Numbered from the whole stretch's first letter, positions 36,030 through 48,817 are shown. The stretch is 63,929 bases of DNA, filler included, from Octopus bimaculoides (GCF_001194135.2; 9 parts of 8 records of this genome joined end to end with filler, not necessarily neighbours in it); one strand, 5' to 3'. Numbers and translations are program-made. The notes: generated from the sequence alone by a model not told the origin.

Positions 36030-36180
36030 ATACTTCCTGAGTTCAAATTCCGCCAAGGTTGACTTTGCTTTTTATCTTTTTGGGGTTCATAAATTAAGTA
36101 CCAGTTTCATACTGGGATCGATCTAATCGACTGGCCCCCTCCCCCAAAACTTCGAGCCTTGTGCCTAGAGTAGAAAACAA
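36030..36180 (+). mobile_element. SINE family B, 5'-truncated
   Basis: ctgagttcaaattccgccaaggttgactttgc...gatctaatcgactggccccctccccc...gtgcctagagtagaaaa. Confidence 0.85.
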
Positions 36181-36289
36181 AAATAAAATTATATACACAT
36201 GCAACTTGGAAATATATATATATATATTTGCCATGATAGATCGCTGACCACTACACACATTTTTTCTCTCCTTGTTTCTTTCCGTGTTC

Positions 36290-36325
36290 CTTTCTGTAGA
36301 AGATAATAGGCTCGAAACGTTAAAG
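36290..36325 (+). ncRNA. Second copy of the A6U hammerhead-like family (stem II damaged)
   Basis: cttt CTGTAGA A gata atag gctc GAAA CG TT aaag; downstream ~100 bp homologous to 35913-36000. Confidence 0.5.
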
Positions 36326-36752
36326 ACTTTCTCAATTCTCGAGTGTTATACCAATACATCTATTTGTTTTCTACACCACCTGTCTTCGTCTGTTGTTTTT
36401 TTGTGAATTCTCCCTATATATTAGTATGTGTGTATGTTTTTTGTATGTGTATAAATAAATATATTTACTTCAAAACTGGAAAACCTAGCTATCAAGCGAA
36501 GGAAGAAAACTCGCCTGTCCATAATTTCTTAAGAGGAATATTTCTAGAACTATCACCGGCGTTCTTGGGTTTTAAAAAAACCTTCTTTGCAGAGAACAGT
36601 TATCAATTTGAGAAACTGAAGAGATGTCTAGTTCATGCTAGATATGAAACCAATGGTTTTTTTCTAAGCTGCTACATTACACATGCAAAAATAAATAACT
36701 GCTCTATATTTTATAGGGTATGCTCTTCTCCTGATTTATGATCTTATAACGA

Positions 36753-36791
<39 letters not shown>

Positions 36792-36892
36792 NNNNNNNNN
36801 NNNNNNNNNNNNNNNNNNNNNNNNNNNNNNNNNNNTTAATTAATTAANNNNNNNNNNNNNNNNNNNNNNNNNNNNNNNNNNNNNNNNNNNNA

Positions 36893-37415
36893 GTGTGTGA
36901 CTTTGAACTGGTTGATCACCATCCCAATTCTCCTGATTTTCCCCCATCTAACTATCATCGGTTGCCCAAAATGACAAAATACTTGTCTAGGAACATGTGT
37001 CGCAGTGATAATGACGTAATATCTGTTGAAAATGAAGGCGGCGAGGAGCTGGCCGAGTGGTTAGCACGCCGGGGCGAAATGCTCAGCGGTATTTCGTCTG
37101 TCTTTACGTTGTGTGTTCAAGTTTCGCCGAGGTCGACTTTGCCTTTCATCCTTTTCGGGGGTCGATAAATTAAGCACCAGTTGCGTACTGGGGTCGATCT
37201 AATCGACTGGCCCCCTCCCCTAAAATTTCGGTCCTTGTGCCTAGAGAAGAAAGGAATATCTGTTGAAAATGACTTTTGTTGCCAATAGGATGAAGACTTC
37301 TTCATCAATGGAATCCAGGCATTGCAACACGGATGGAAGAAGTATGCGGACCGCAAGGGGAATTTTCTTGAAAAATAAACCACATTTGGTTACATTCCAT
37401 GAGAGTGTCTTGGTC
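36893..37415 (+). mobile_element. mariner transposase 3' remnant interrupted by a SINE
   Basis: FELVDHHPNSPDFPPSNYHRLPKMTKYL...SDNDVISVE[SINE]NDF..DEDFFINGIQALQHGWKKYADRKGNFLEK*. Confidence 0.85.
37036..37254 (+). mobile_element. SINE family B, young full-length copy with 18-bp target-site duplication
   Basis: TSD aatatctgttgaaaatga at 37018-37035 and 37255-37272; central ggtcgactttgcctttcatccttt.cggggtcgataaa resembles the Meta/MESC SINE core (from memory, unverified). Confidence 0.95.
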
Positions 37416-37559
37416 AGCCTATACACGCATATACATATGTGCATATTCGTGTTGTCATTGTTTGTTCCTACCTGACTCATAAGGGCTGGTTTCCCGGTTT
37501 CATTGGCGTATAGGTTCCCCTCCTGCACGGGACGCCAGTCCATCGCAGGTGTACTGCTA

Positions 37560-37750
37560 GATGGGAGTATCGCAAAAGGCCTGGTTGGAGGCCCAACCTT
37601 CCGAATTCTTTTACAGGGTTTAGAAAAAACTGAAGAGCCGCTGCAATAAGTGGGTGAATCCGAGAGGGGAATATGTTGAATAAAATCATAATTAACTGAT
37701 CCTCCTGTATTTTCTTTTAACCAAAGTCAGGAACTTTTCAGCAACCCCCA
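37560..37750 (+). mobile_element. 3' end of a second mariner family
   Basis: AWLEAQPSEFF..GLEKLKSRCNKWVNPRGEYVE*, followed by the TIR-like ggaacttttcagcaaccc. Confidence 0.7.
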
Positions 37751-38025
37751 CCCCCACAAAAGAGCGGCTCCGTCCATCCAGCTGCTTCACATTCCTCAAA
37801 AACTGGACAGAGAAGAAATCCAAACACACTGAAAAGTGGTGCTGCGGCATGGCCACAACCTCTAGTTGAAACCAACGAAAGATAAAAGATAAACGGTATA
37901 TGTGTACACACACACACCACACACACACACACACAAACACACATACAGATGAGTATATACAATGCATACATGTGTGCACACAAACACACACATACATATG
38001 TAGACGTGTGCATATACACATATAC

Positions 38026-38085
<60 letters not shown>

Positions 38086-38320
38086 CACAACGCAAACACG
38101 AACACACCGCATACTTACAGACGCTCATTTACTCAAACGCAGTTATGTACGCACTTTGCATATATAATGTGTAAATACAGATGTATGTATGTGTGTGCAT
38201 ATATATATATATATGTATGTGTGTATAGATAGATGTATATATAAACATATGTATATATATGTAGCGAAAAAGAGAGAGACCACCTGTGCATATATGTACA
38301 TGCGTGCATCTTATGTTTAT

Positions 38321-38377
<57 letters not shown>

Positions 38378-38617
38378 TATATACATATACATATATATAT
38401 ACATATATATATACATATACATATACATAAGTTTGTATGTATCTATATATCTATCTATTTTATCTCATTTCTCTTTCTTTCTCTCTCTCTCTCTATATAT
38501 ATATATACACATATACATACATACATACATACATACATATACATATATGTGTGTGTGTGTTTGTACATATATAAACCTATAGACACATATGTATACATAT
38601 ATACGCACACATACATG

Positions 38618-38666
<49 letters not shown>

Positions 38667-39468
38667 TACATATACATATATATATGTATACATATATATG
38701 TGTATGTGTGTATTGCCTGTATTTGGAGACTGGGTGGAGAGCGAGAGTTAGAGAGAGAGATAGAGAGATAGAGAGAGGGAGAGAGAGAAGGAGAGAGGGA
38801 GGGAGAGAGAGAGAGAGAGAAAGAGAGAATAAAAGAATGAAACTTGGAGACAGAGAGTGAGTCATAGAGTGAGAGATATTGAGTGGCCGGAAAGAGGCCA
38901 AAGAGAATTCTAGACACATATTGAGAAGGGGTAGTGGGATGCGGTTGGATATAAATAANNNNNNNNNNNNNNNNNNNNNNNNNNNNNNNNNNNNNNNNNN
39001 NNNNNNNNNNNNNNNNNNNNNNNNNNNNNNNNNNNNNNNNNNNNNNNNNNNNNNNNNNNNNNNNNNNNNNNNNNNNNNNNNNNNNNNNNNNNNNNNNNNN
39101 NNNNNNNNNNNNNNNNNNNNNNNNNNNNNNNNNNNNNNNNNNNNNNNNNNNNNNNNNNNNNNNNNNNNNNNNNNNNNNNNNNNNNNNNNNNNNNNNNNNN
39201 NNNNNNNNNNNNNNNNNNNNNNNNNNNNNNNNNNNNNNNNNNNNNNNNNNNNNNNNNNNNNNNNNNNNNNNNNNNNNNNNNNNCACAATGCAAACTTGCA
39301 GACACCTGTGTATGTATATATATATATATACGCAAATAGTTACATTATATATATATATATATATATTATATACTCATGTAATATATATGTCTCTCGCGAT
39401 CTCGCTCTCCTCTTTGTATATTATGTGTGCGTGCACGTATATATACTCACACAAAAAAATCATGCATA

Positions 39469-39513
<45 letters not shown>

Positions 39514-40469
39514 GCCTGTGTGTTTATATATATATATTTATACGTATATGTATATGTGTGCATGTATGTACGCTTGCATGTATGTGTATATATATATATA
39601 TATATATGCATGCATGTATGCATATGCATATCTATGTATATTTCTATGTTTGTATGCATGAAGCAATAAACCTGACGCAATACCTAAATTAATCAGGAAA
39701 CTCTGAGTAACAGGTTTATTGCATAAAAGTCAGTATTACTCCATTATAAATTGATTCATCACATGTATAAATGCATACATGTATACTCACATGGGTGTTT
39801 GTATATGTACGCGTGTATGTATACTTGTATAAATAAATATACAAACAAACATATGTGTCTATATATGTGTGTGCCTGTGTGTTTGTTTGCGTGTTCGTAT
39901 ACGTGCGTACACGCACACAAACGATAATTCTTAATGACAATACCTCGAAATCCTTTAAATAAATCATCCAATTCGAATTTCAGCCCCTCTTTGTAGAATA
40001 CAGGTGTATGGAGTCTTTTATCCGGCTATTCAATATCCGGAACGTGTGTAAAAACCGGATGCTGACATCAAGTGAAATATTTAAATATTCAAGCCGAATA
40101 ATTCTTATGGTTTCCGCTTTGGTTCAGGCGGAGCCACTGATGCAGAACGGTCGCTAATTCATCTGGTCACCATAAAGGCACCGTTTTCTCTTCGTGATGT
40201 CACAAGTACTTAGCCGCCATTTTAACCCTTTTATATCACGTGATGTTTGTCGTAGTTTTAGCCTGAGAAAAGTCTTGATCCAGCAGACCAATGAACAAAG
40301 ATACAAAGACGTTTCATGCGTGTCCATCGGGTTTGGTTTTATTTAGCCGTAGTGTATTTAAGGGTATATTTAATCAATAGCTGTTTGGTTAAGATACCCG
40401 TTTTGCAACCGCTTGGTTTCAGGGGTTCAGGCTAACCTGCGTGTGTCTTTTGCCATAGCCACAGGTCCT

Positions 40470-40626
40470 GTGATGAATTTCGTTAATGATAACTGTACGG
40501 AAGCCCTTCGCAACCACATAGTTCCCTGTTCAGTCTCACTTTGTGTCACCTCCGGCCAAAGCATTGTAAGTGGATTTGCTAAACGGAAAATGAAAGAAAC
40601 TTATATATGGTTTTATATATATATAA

Positions 40627-40665
<39 letters not shown>

Positions 40666-40880
40666 ATAGTGTTTGTTCCAGCACCAACGCCACCACCACT
40701 TGATAACCGGTGTTGGTTTGTTTACATCCCTGTAACCTAGCGGTTCGACGAAACGGACTGATAGAAGACGGGCATGCATCAGGGCTGCAAAATAAGCAAT
40801 GGGATGGATTCGTTCGATTAAAGCCCTCACATCGATGCCCTAGCATGGCCGCGGACCATTGACGAAAACTGGTAAAACAT
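40470..40880 (+). mobile_element. SINE family A, degenerate
   Basis: caaccacatagttccctgttcagtc...aaacggaaaatgaaagaaac...(TG)n...ccctgtaacctagcggttcg. Confidence 0.8.
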
Positions 40881-42107
40881 ATGCGATAAAAGATATACTT
40901 CGCTACTGTCGTCATTGCTTGTTGATGTTTGATCTTAGATCAGGTACAATCGACGAAGCACTAAGATAGTCCAACCGTGACCTACCCGCCCTTTTATATA
41001 TCCCAAGTTATAATGTGCATTTTGAAAGGGTTTCTTTCTTTGTCCTTCTCTTTATGCACATACAAACACACAAATATACGCACACACTTACACATCTACA
41101 GACACACATGCAACTGCACACACATATGTATATACACACATATACCCATGTACATATTTGAATGGATGTGTACATATTTAACTATATATCTACATGTGTT
41201 TATACACATACACACACAAGCACATATATGTACGGGCATACATATATAATACACACATATACATGTATGTATGTATGTATGTATATATATATATATATTA
41301 TATATATGAATATGTGTGGGTAATGATGCTGTAACGTGAAGGTGCGTTGTTAGGGGCATGTAGGGGAGATATAAGTGAACTTCACCTGTTCGAGAAATGA
41401 CAGAAACCATGGCAACCATTTTGCATCCCCCTACACATATACGTACATACAAATATATACATATATATATATATCTATCTATATATATGATATATATATA
41501 TATGTATATAATATATATGTATATATATGTATATATATATGTGCATATATATAAACGTATTTACATATATAAGCATATATATGTATGCATACACATACAT
41601 ATATGTTTGTATGTATGTATGTATGTATGTATGTATGAAGCAAAAACAGAAAAGAGGACAGTCTACTCAGAGAAATGTCCAAGACGACTCCTGTCTTTGA
41701 ACAACCTCTAGACTGGAGACAGGTAGTCTGGATGTGCTTGTATTCATTCTTCTCTCTTGATCAATTCCGGAAGAGAGGAATTTAAGGAATAAAGAAAAAA
41801 AAAAGNNNNNNNNNNNNNNNNNNNNNNNNNNNNNNNNNNNNNNNNNNNNTTAATTAATTAANNNNNNNNNNNNNNNNNNNNNNNNNNNNNNNNNNNNNNN
41901 NNNNNCTAATAAATTAAGTTTCCTCTTGACTATGGAGAAGACATAAAAACATCAGATGGATCTGAGTGGATTAAGTGGGAAAAAAATTTTAGTAATGACC
42001 TTTGTGCCTTAACCGATGAAAATGTCAACTGAAAGAAAATTGGAACATTATTGCATTTATTTGTTTGCAATTATTTATTATTATTATTATTATTCATTTA
42101 TTAATAG

Positions 42108-42740
42108 GCAGTGAGCTGGCAGAATCCTTAGCACGTCGGGCAAAATGCTTAGCGCTATTTCGTCTGTCTTCGCGTTCTGAGTTCAAATTCCGCTGAGGTC
42201 AACTTTGCCTTTCGTCCTTTTGGTGGTGGGGGGGGTCGATAAAATAAGTACCAGTCAGAAACTGATGTTGATGTAATCAACTGACCTCCCCCCTCCACTC
42301 CTGACCTTGCTGGCCTTCTGCCAAAATCTGAAATCATTATTATTATTATTATTAAGGTGGCAAACTGGCAGGATAGTTAGCACATCGGACAAAATGCTTA
42401 GCGGCTGTATGTTCTGAGGTCAGATTCCACTGAGGTCAAATTTGCTTTTCATCCTTTCAGGATTGATAAAATAAGTACCAGTTGAGCACTAGGATTGATG
42501 TAACCGACATGCCTCCTTCCCCAGAATTTCAGGCTTGTGCCTATAGTAGAAAGGATTATTATTATTATTAATAATAATAATAATAATAATATTTTATTAA
42601 GGCAGTGGAATGGATTGGTAGACTTGAGTGTTGGACAAAATACCTTACTGTTTTTCTTCCAGCTCTTTACATTCTGTGTTCAAATCCTGCCGAGTTTAAT
42701 TTCACCTTTGACCCTTCCTGGGTCCGATAAAGTAGATTTT
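42108..42740 (+). mobile_element. Three head-to-tail SINE family B copies separated by (TTA)n tails
   Basis: Copies start at ~42108, ~42355 and ~42600, each directly after an attattatt tract. Confidence 0.85.
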
Positions 42741-42789
42741 CAAATATTTTTTATTATTTCTGAATTGCTTATATTTTTCAATTCAAAGA

Positions 42790-43140
42790 AATAAATAAAT
42801 AAAAGTAAAGGCCACTTTCTTCTGTCGTAGTTCAACATTTCTCATGGCACCAGCAGACAAAATGGAAAAGGGCGTTGCCCTGGAGGAAGGTGTGCTGGAA
42901 CAGCCACTCTGACTCATGGGGCCTTACACTTGTGGACCGCATTCTCTGCTCCAGTAACGGTGGGCAGGGATATGGTCCAGGGGCCAAGAATGCCTGAGGT
43001 CTCAACTGCCACATGTTCAACCATACCTTGACAGTGTGCTTTTCTCAGCTTGCCGAGCAGCAGAGCCTGGGCTGGTAGCTGACACATGTGGTGTTGTGTC
43101 AGTCAAAATTCTTCTCCAACAGTGGCATGACATCTTGTCT
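42790..43140 (-). mobile_element. CRE-like non-LTR retrotransposon 3' end (restriction-like endonuclease region)
   Basis: DTTPHVSATSPGSAARQAEK...RY; VAVETSGILGP; EQRMRS..PHESEWLFQH..QGNA: matches the H..S...G.AA..AE..K..KY, P.AVET.G..GP and E..WLFQRIS.A.QRGNA motifs; frameshifted. Confidence 0.7.
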
Positions 43141-43743
43141 TTTTCTTTTCACTTCATTGGGACATCTCAAATGAAATGATTCTGGAATGTTTTACAACTC
43201 GGCGAAGCTCAATTTGGTTTTTACAGTTGTCATTAGACACTGTGTTAATTATGAAAATAATGTTCTCAAGCAAGGATTTAATTAATAATAAACAACCCTC
43301 TAACTCTTCTCTTTCTCTCTCTCTCAGAGCTTTAACTTCTAGAGACGGCATACTTCTGCTTCCAGCTGTTGACTTCAGGTCTGTCTGAATATTGCTTTCA
43401 CATAGTAATAAGGTATGTTTTGAGCCCTTATTAAAAAGTAAAATTTAATTTTTTAATGAAAAATCATTATCTGATACTTGATTAATTTAGTTTATCTAAT
43501 TATGAACAGCTAACGTGTCGATTTAATCTGTGGCAGGTCCAAGTTTTTAAAGAGGGGGATCCTGGCATGTCGCTGAAACAACCAGAGAATCAGTATTGTA
43601 CTTTGCTTGAGTGAGTAACAAAACAGAACTGATAACTTCTTGTGAAAGGCAGGATACAGCAGAAATGATTTGGTCTGAAAGAAATACCAGGCAATCCTTA
43701 GTGTATAATGGACATGTAGAAAGTGAGAAACTGAGAGAGAACC

Positions 43744-43972
43744 TTAACCCTTTCATTACTGTACTTCTGTTGAGATGCTCTGTGTTTCTTTCAATTAATT
43801 TTAAATATAACAAAGAATTTAGTAAAATAACTTAGTTATCATCAAGCTAGTGTTAGGAACATAAATTGTGACTAAGGTCTGGTGGAAGATTTTAATTCAA
43901 AACTTTTGAAAACAAGAATTTGTACTACAGAGCCAGAGCTGGTTTCAGCTGGGTTGGTATCGAAAGCGTTAA
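43744..43972. mobile_element. TTAA-flanked MITE (piggyBac-like ends)
   Basis: ttaaccctttcattac ... gtatcgaaagcgttaa; related degenerate copy at 44210-44443. Confidence 0.75.
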
Positions 43973-45204
43973 GACTACCTATTCTTGTAAATTCTGGAAA
44001 TGCAGTTCTTGATAAAAGCAATAGCTTCTCTCTCTTGCTAGATGGAACTTTACTGTAGGTGTACATAAGGAGCAGCATATTTCAAAGAATACGTACTCCT
44101 GGGGTTTGCAATAAGAGGGATATCCTGAAAATAACTGGACCGATAGACTTTCCTTTTTTCTAGTTGTGGACCCTTTGTGGTTATAAATTGACCGTTCAAG
44201 TATCCATTATCAAGCCTTTCATAACCATACTTCTGTTAAAATACGCTGCCTTTGTTTCAATTAATTTTGAAAATAATAAAGAATTCAGTAAATTAAATTT
44301 GTTATTATTAATCTGGTGTTTTTAACATTAATTAACATGAAATTTTGATGGAAGGTTTAAATTTAGATCTCTTTAAAAACAGGAAGTTTGTCCCATCGTA
44401 CCAGGATTGGTAGTTTCAGGTGGGTTAGTATCAAAAGGGTTAAATTAATTATGTTTTAATAAGCAACTTACAGCCATTTCTGCCCCTGGTTACAGTTGGT
44501 TTCCTTAATGCCAAAGTTACAAGCTAATTCCAAATTAGTTAATTGAATTCTGTTAATTCCATTGTGATAGATATAAATGATTAGTTAATTGCATTATAAT
44601 TAGTAATAATCAAATGATATCCACTGCTTCTGTACCTCATTTAAATGTTTTCATGTCAACGACTCATTCGATCAGGCCTTATGTATGTTTATTTTAGATA
44701 TAGATATATAATATGCCTGAGGTATTCTGCTGGGCAAGAATTTTTGAATCACAACAGAGTGAGGCAACAGCTTTATACAAATATACTCTAAAACATGGTT
44801 TGAGTACTTTTTTTTATTTGTTAAGCCAAAAATGTTTGTATCTGCATTATGTTCGGCCACTAGAGTTTGAGGACCGTCTAGTCATCTTGGGTGAAGAATG
44901 ACTGATGACTTACAAGTTGACTGTGTTTAAGCGAAAAAGGGTCGCACACGCCGTCAGCTGTCACCCTCACCCTCACTCTCTCATCCATGAGCATCTTCTA
45001 TCCAGTGGCAAGGTCAGGACAAGTGGGGATAGAGACAGATGCAGTGAACATCTTATTTGCCTCGTGTTACTCCCTGCGTTTCTCTTTATGTTCTGAGTTT
45101 GAATCCTGCCAGGTTTAATTTTTGCCTTTCATCCCTCCCGGATCAAATAAATTAGATTTTCAAAGTTTTTTAAAATCTTTTCTTAATTGCTTTTATGTTT
45201 CAAT

Positions 45205-45500
45205 TCGAAGAAATAAAAGTAAAGGCCACTTTCTTCTATCATAGTTTTCAACATTTCTCATGGCACCAGCTGACAAAATGGAAAAGGTGTTGCCCTGGAG
45301 AACAATGAGGGAGATGTGCTGGAAGAGCCACTCTGACTCAACTCGGTCACCCACTGCATCTGGAGAAGCAGTAGATGAGTAAGGTGTCTTGCTTGCTTCA
45401 CCTTGCTTTCTGCACTCCACAATGCGTTGCTGCAGCTGCCTTCCTCTCCCTTCAACCATGAAGGTTTCTCCTGCAGAGTCTGCCAGAAGACTCTATCTAT
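45205..45500 (-). mobile_element. Second CRE-like 3' fragment
   Basis: AVGDRVESEWLFQHISLIVLQGNTFSILSAG; shares its 3' region and SINE junction with 42665-42915. Confidence 0.7.
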
Positions 45501-46467
45501 CTATATGTACGTGTGTGTGTCTATGTATATATGTATCTACTATAGATTTATTGAATAAAAACAAGTCCCTGTTAATTTCCTTATTAGCTCTTTTGACTCT
45601 GGGATAAAATGACTTTATATTTAATTGTATTAACCGAAAAACACAGATGGAACCACCATTATTGCTTTGCCTCTCACTATGGTTTTACTTATATTTAGTA
45701 CAAATTGTTATGTTTATTAGTTTGTTTAATTATCTTTGAATGCTGTGTTGTTAAGAAAATTTAACTGTGTGCCTAATTAGATCCGACAATCTGTTATATG
45801 CTTGTTAATTAATCTCAACAGTTGAAATAAGCTTTTATTAATCATTATAACTAGTTTGTGTGTGTAATATATATAATCTTTATATGTATGTATGGATTGA
45901 TATATATGTTTTGGTATGTATCGGTGTTTATATGTACGTTTGTATATATACATGTATACATACATGTGTGTGTATATAATTTGTTTAGAAGAAAAAGAAA
46001 AAAATGGCTTTTGTTTAAATAAATATTTAAATTTCATACAGCAGACAACAATTTACTAATCCACCTTCAGAGATTTATTATGTATATATTTAGTCCTTAA
46101 GATCAATTTTTAGAAACTAGTATATATACATATAACAGCAAGATGATTTAGTTTAAGCTTCCAGTGTCAGCTTGGATGGGTCTATGCCTTGCATATGAGA
46201 TGTATTTTAATAAATAGATGGATACTCCTTTAGTTTGCATTGCTACAAATAGTTTCACTTTCCCAAGGCTCTTCAGGTTATTTCTTATAATTCCATTTAT
46301 TTGTTGATTGTTAAAATCACAATGGCTATAAATCTCTGTTCAATCCTTTTCTTGTTCTCTTTTGAATGATGTCTTTGTGTTCGTTGGTTGTTTATATTTG
46401 AATTATTTCTGTATTTGTATGCTCCTTCCTGCAAATATTCAGATGTCTGTATGTTTGTGTCAGTATA

Positions 46468-46818
46468 GGTGCAGGTGTGTCTGTTTGGTAAGAGGCTTGC
46501 GTCCCAACCACATGGTTCTGGGTACAGTCCCACTGCGTGGCACCACAGAATACTTAGAACCCCAGTTCATCTGAGTCTACACTGGACTAACTGTGCCCTG
46601 TACATTCTACCATTACCCACTCCTATTGTTCTATCACTCCAGTTTACTGCCTACCCTCATACTCTTGCTCCTTTTCCTTTTACATATCCTGGGTCTGTAT
46701 CATTGCTCCTTAGTCATGTTGCTTTCTATCAGTCTCCTATCTTCTTGGCCATAGCTTCAGGCCAACCAAAGCCTTGTGTGGATTTGGTAGACGGAAACTG
46801 AAAGAAGCCCATCATATA

Positions 46819-46879
<61 letters not shown>

Positions 46880-47065
46880 GTGTGTATTTGTCCCTCACTG
46901 CTTGACAATTGGTGTTGCTGTGTTTACATCCCTGTAATTCAGTAGTTTGGCAAAAGAGTCTAATGGAGTGGGTACCTGGCTTAACAAAAAATAAGTCCTG
47001 GGGTCAATTCATTTGACTGAAAGTTCTTCAAGGTGGTGCCCCAGTATGACCGCAGTCTGAAGCTA
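46468..47065 (+). mobile_element. SINE family A with a ~195-bp pyrimidine-rich insertion (46544-46738) in the head
   Basis: Head stops at cccactgcgtggcacc and resumes at cttcttggccatagc. Confidence 0.85.
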
Positions 47066-47546
47066 GTAAAAGATATTCATATGAACTAGTGTGTGTGCAT
47101 GCATCTATATTATTGTATTTATGTGGATGTAAATGTATTGGTTTATTGCAAGTATCGTATCTGGACAATTACCCTCTCCGATATATTAAGTTTTAAATCC
47201 TCATCTGTTGTTCCTCAGGGGTTATTGTCCATGATGGGGGCCGGGGAGTAAATGTCCTAGACTCGCAAGTATATATATCTATGTCAACTGTAGCTACAAA
47301 CTGCCAGTTGTTGAAGACTTCCGTGAACGAAGGGAGGTTACTCTAATTTCATTACACGTCTGTCCTGAAGTTCTTATTGAAGAGAGAAGATAGTTGAAAC
47401 TAAAATCTGTGAAAGAAATCTATTTTCCAGAGGTCGGGTTTCTATTGTTATATCTATAATGTTTATCAGTAAATACTTATTGATTTAGCAATGGAAGGAG
47501 GTCCCTGCTTACTGTTATTCAATCAATTAGACATAGAATAACTAAT

Positions 47547-47762
47547 TTAACCATTTTACTGCAGAAAGCAATTTTATATATCAATCTATCTTTTCCTAAG
47601 GAACGTCATGTTTGAAACTATTTTATTGTTGAGATATGTCATGTTTATTGAGACAATGTGACTTGCAGAAAATACTGTTTTATTTTCTTTTTTTTTCTGG
47701 TAGATATTTTGTCATAGTTTCTGGAATAATCATGAGATTTAATTTTGCAATGAAAGGGTTAA
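47547..47762. mobile_element. TTAA-flanked MITE (piggyBac-like ends)
   Basis: ttaaccattttactgc ... gcaatgaaagggttaa. Confidence 0.6.
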
Positions 47763-48681
47763 AAGAATTATAGAATAATTAGAAATTAACATGTAAATAA
47801 AAGTAAAAAGGAAAATAAATAAATATACGTAGTGTTGGGAACTTGTGTTACTCCTCCCGGAATGTCATTCGCGAAGGAATATCCACTTGTTAATTGAAAT
47901 ATAAATATTTTAGATAGACACTTGTATTTTTTTGTACTAACTACTCTATTTTTCTTGTTGCTTATATTGCTTTTAATTCCTAGTAATGAACAGGTATAAA
48001 TATAGATATAAATATATGAGATGTATATAAAATTTACCATGTAAATGAATGACTGTTTCTTTTTTTTTTTTGAATTTTGAATCTTGTGATAACTGCTTGG
48101 AAAATACTCAGGCTGTATTTCTGTTTTTACATGTATATATGTATGTATGTGTGTGTATATATATATATCTATATATATTTATATAATATTGTTTGTACAG
48201 TTAGATGTACAACTGCTGCTAGTGAGTTAAGAGCTCCATGTGGAGCATTATTGTCCACTCTACAAGTACAGTGGTGTGGTTAATACTGTACTTAGTAGTA
48301 TTGCTGGTTATAATAATATAAAGACCAAATGTAAGAGAAATTATAGTAAACACAAGTTTGTGTCATTTGTTCCCTACTTGTGTGTTTCGTGTTTCACTAT
48401 TGTTGTTTTCGTCCTTTACATTGGATGTTCAAAAGTGCAATAGGATGCTGAGCCACAAGAAACACTTTATCGCATCATATTACAAGGAGGCATTTTATCT
48501 GAGTAACATAATGCAAACAGAATGTTCCGCTGATGATCCGTTGCGGTTCAGTGTCCGATCGCACTTTGAACATCCAATGCGGAAGTTGCAAATAACAATA
48601 ATGGTGAAATATATATATATATAAGAACAAATAATACAAACTTGCGTTAATCATTTCTCATATATATAAATATATAAATTC

Positions 48682-48732
<51 letters not shown>

Positions 48733-48733
48733 T

Positions 48734-48817
48734 GCATAACTATACAAGAATGCCTCATGTTATCTACCGTAGTGTTTATTATAGTAGTTAATGTGAGGCA
48801 TTCTTGTATAGTTATGC
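48734..48817. repeat. Perfect 24-bp inverted repeat with 36-nt spacer
   Basis: gcataactatacaagaatgcctca / tgaggcattcttgtatagttatgc. Confidence 0.9.

Noticed and set aside
44054-44124. Alternative reading GYPSYCKPQEYVFFEICCSLCTP resembling a TNFR cysteine-rich start
   Set aside because: Too short, depends on choosing one of two donors and one of three frames, no following cysteine-rich exon found
48410-48443. LYIG motif suggesting another GIY-YIG
   Set aside because: No upstream GIY/VIY or downstream R..EH/NH motifs; likely chance
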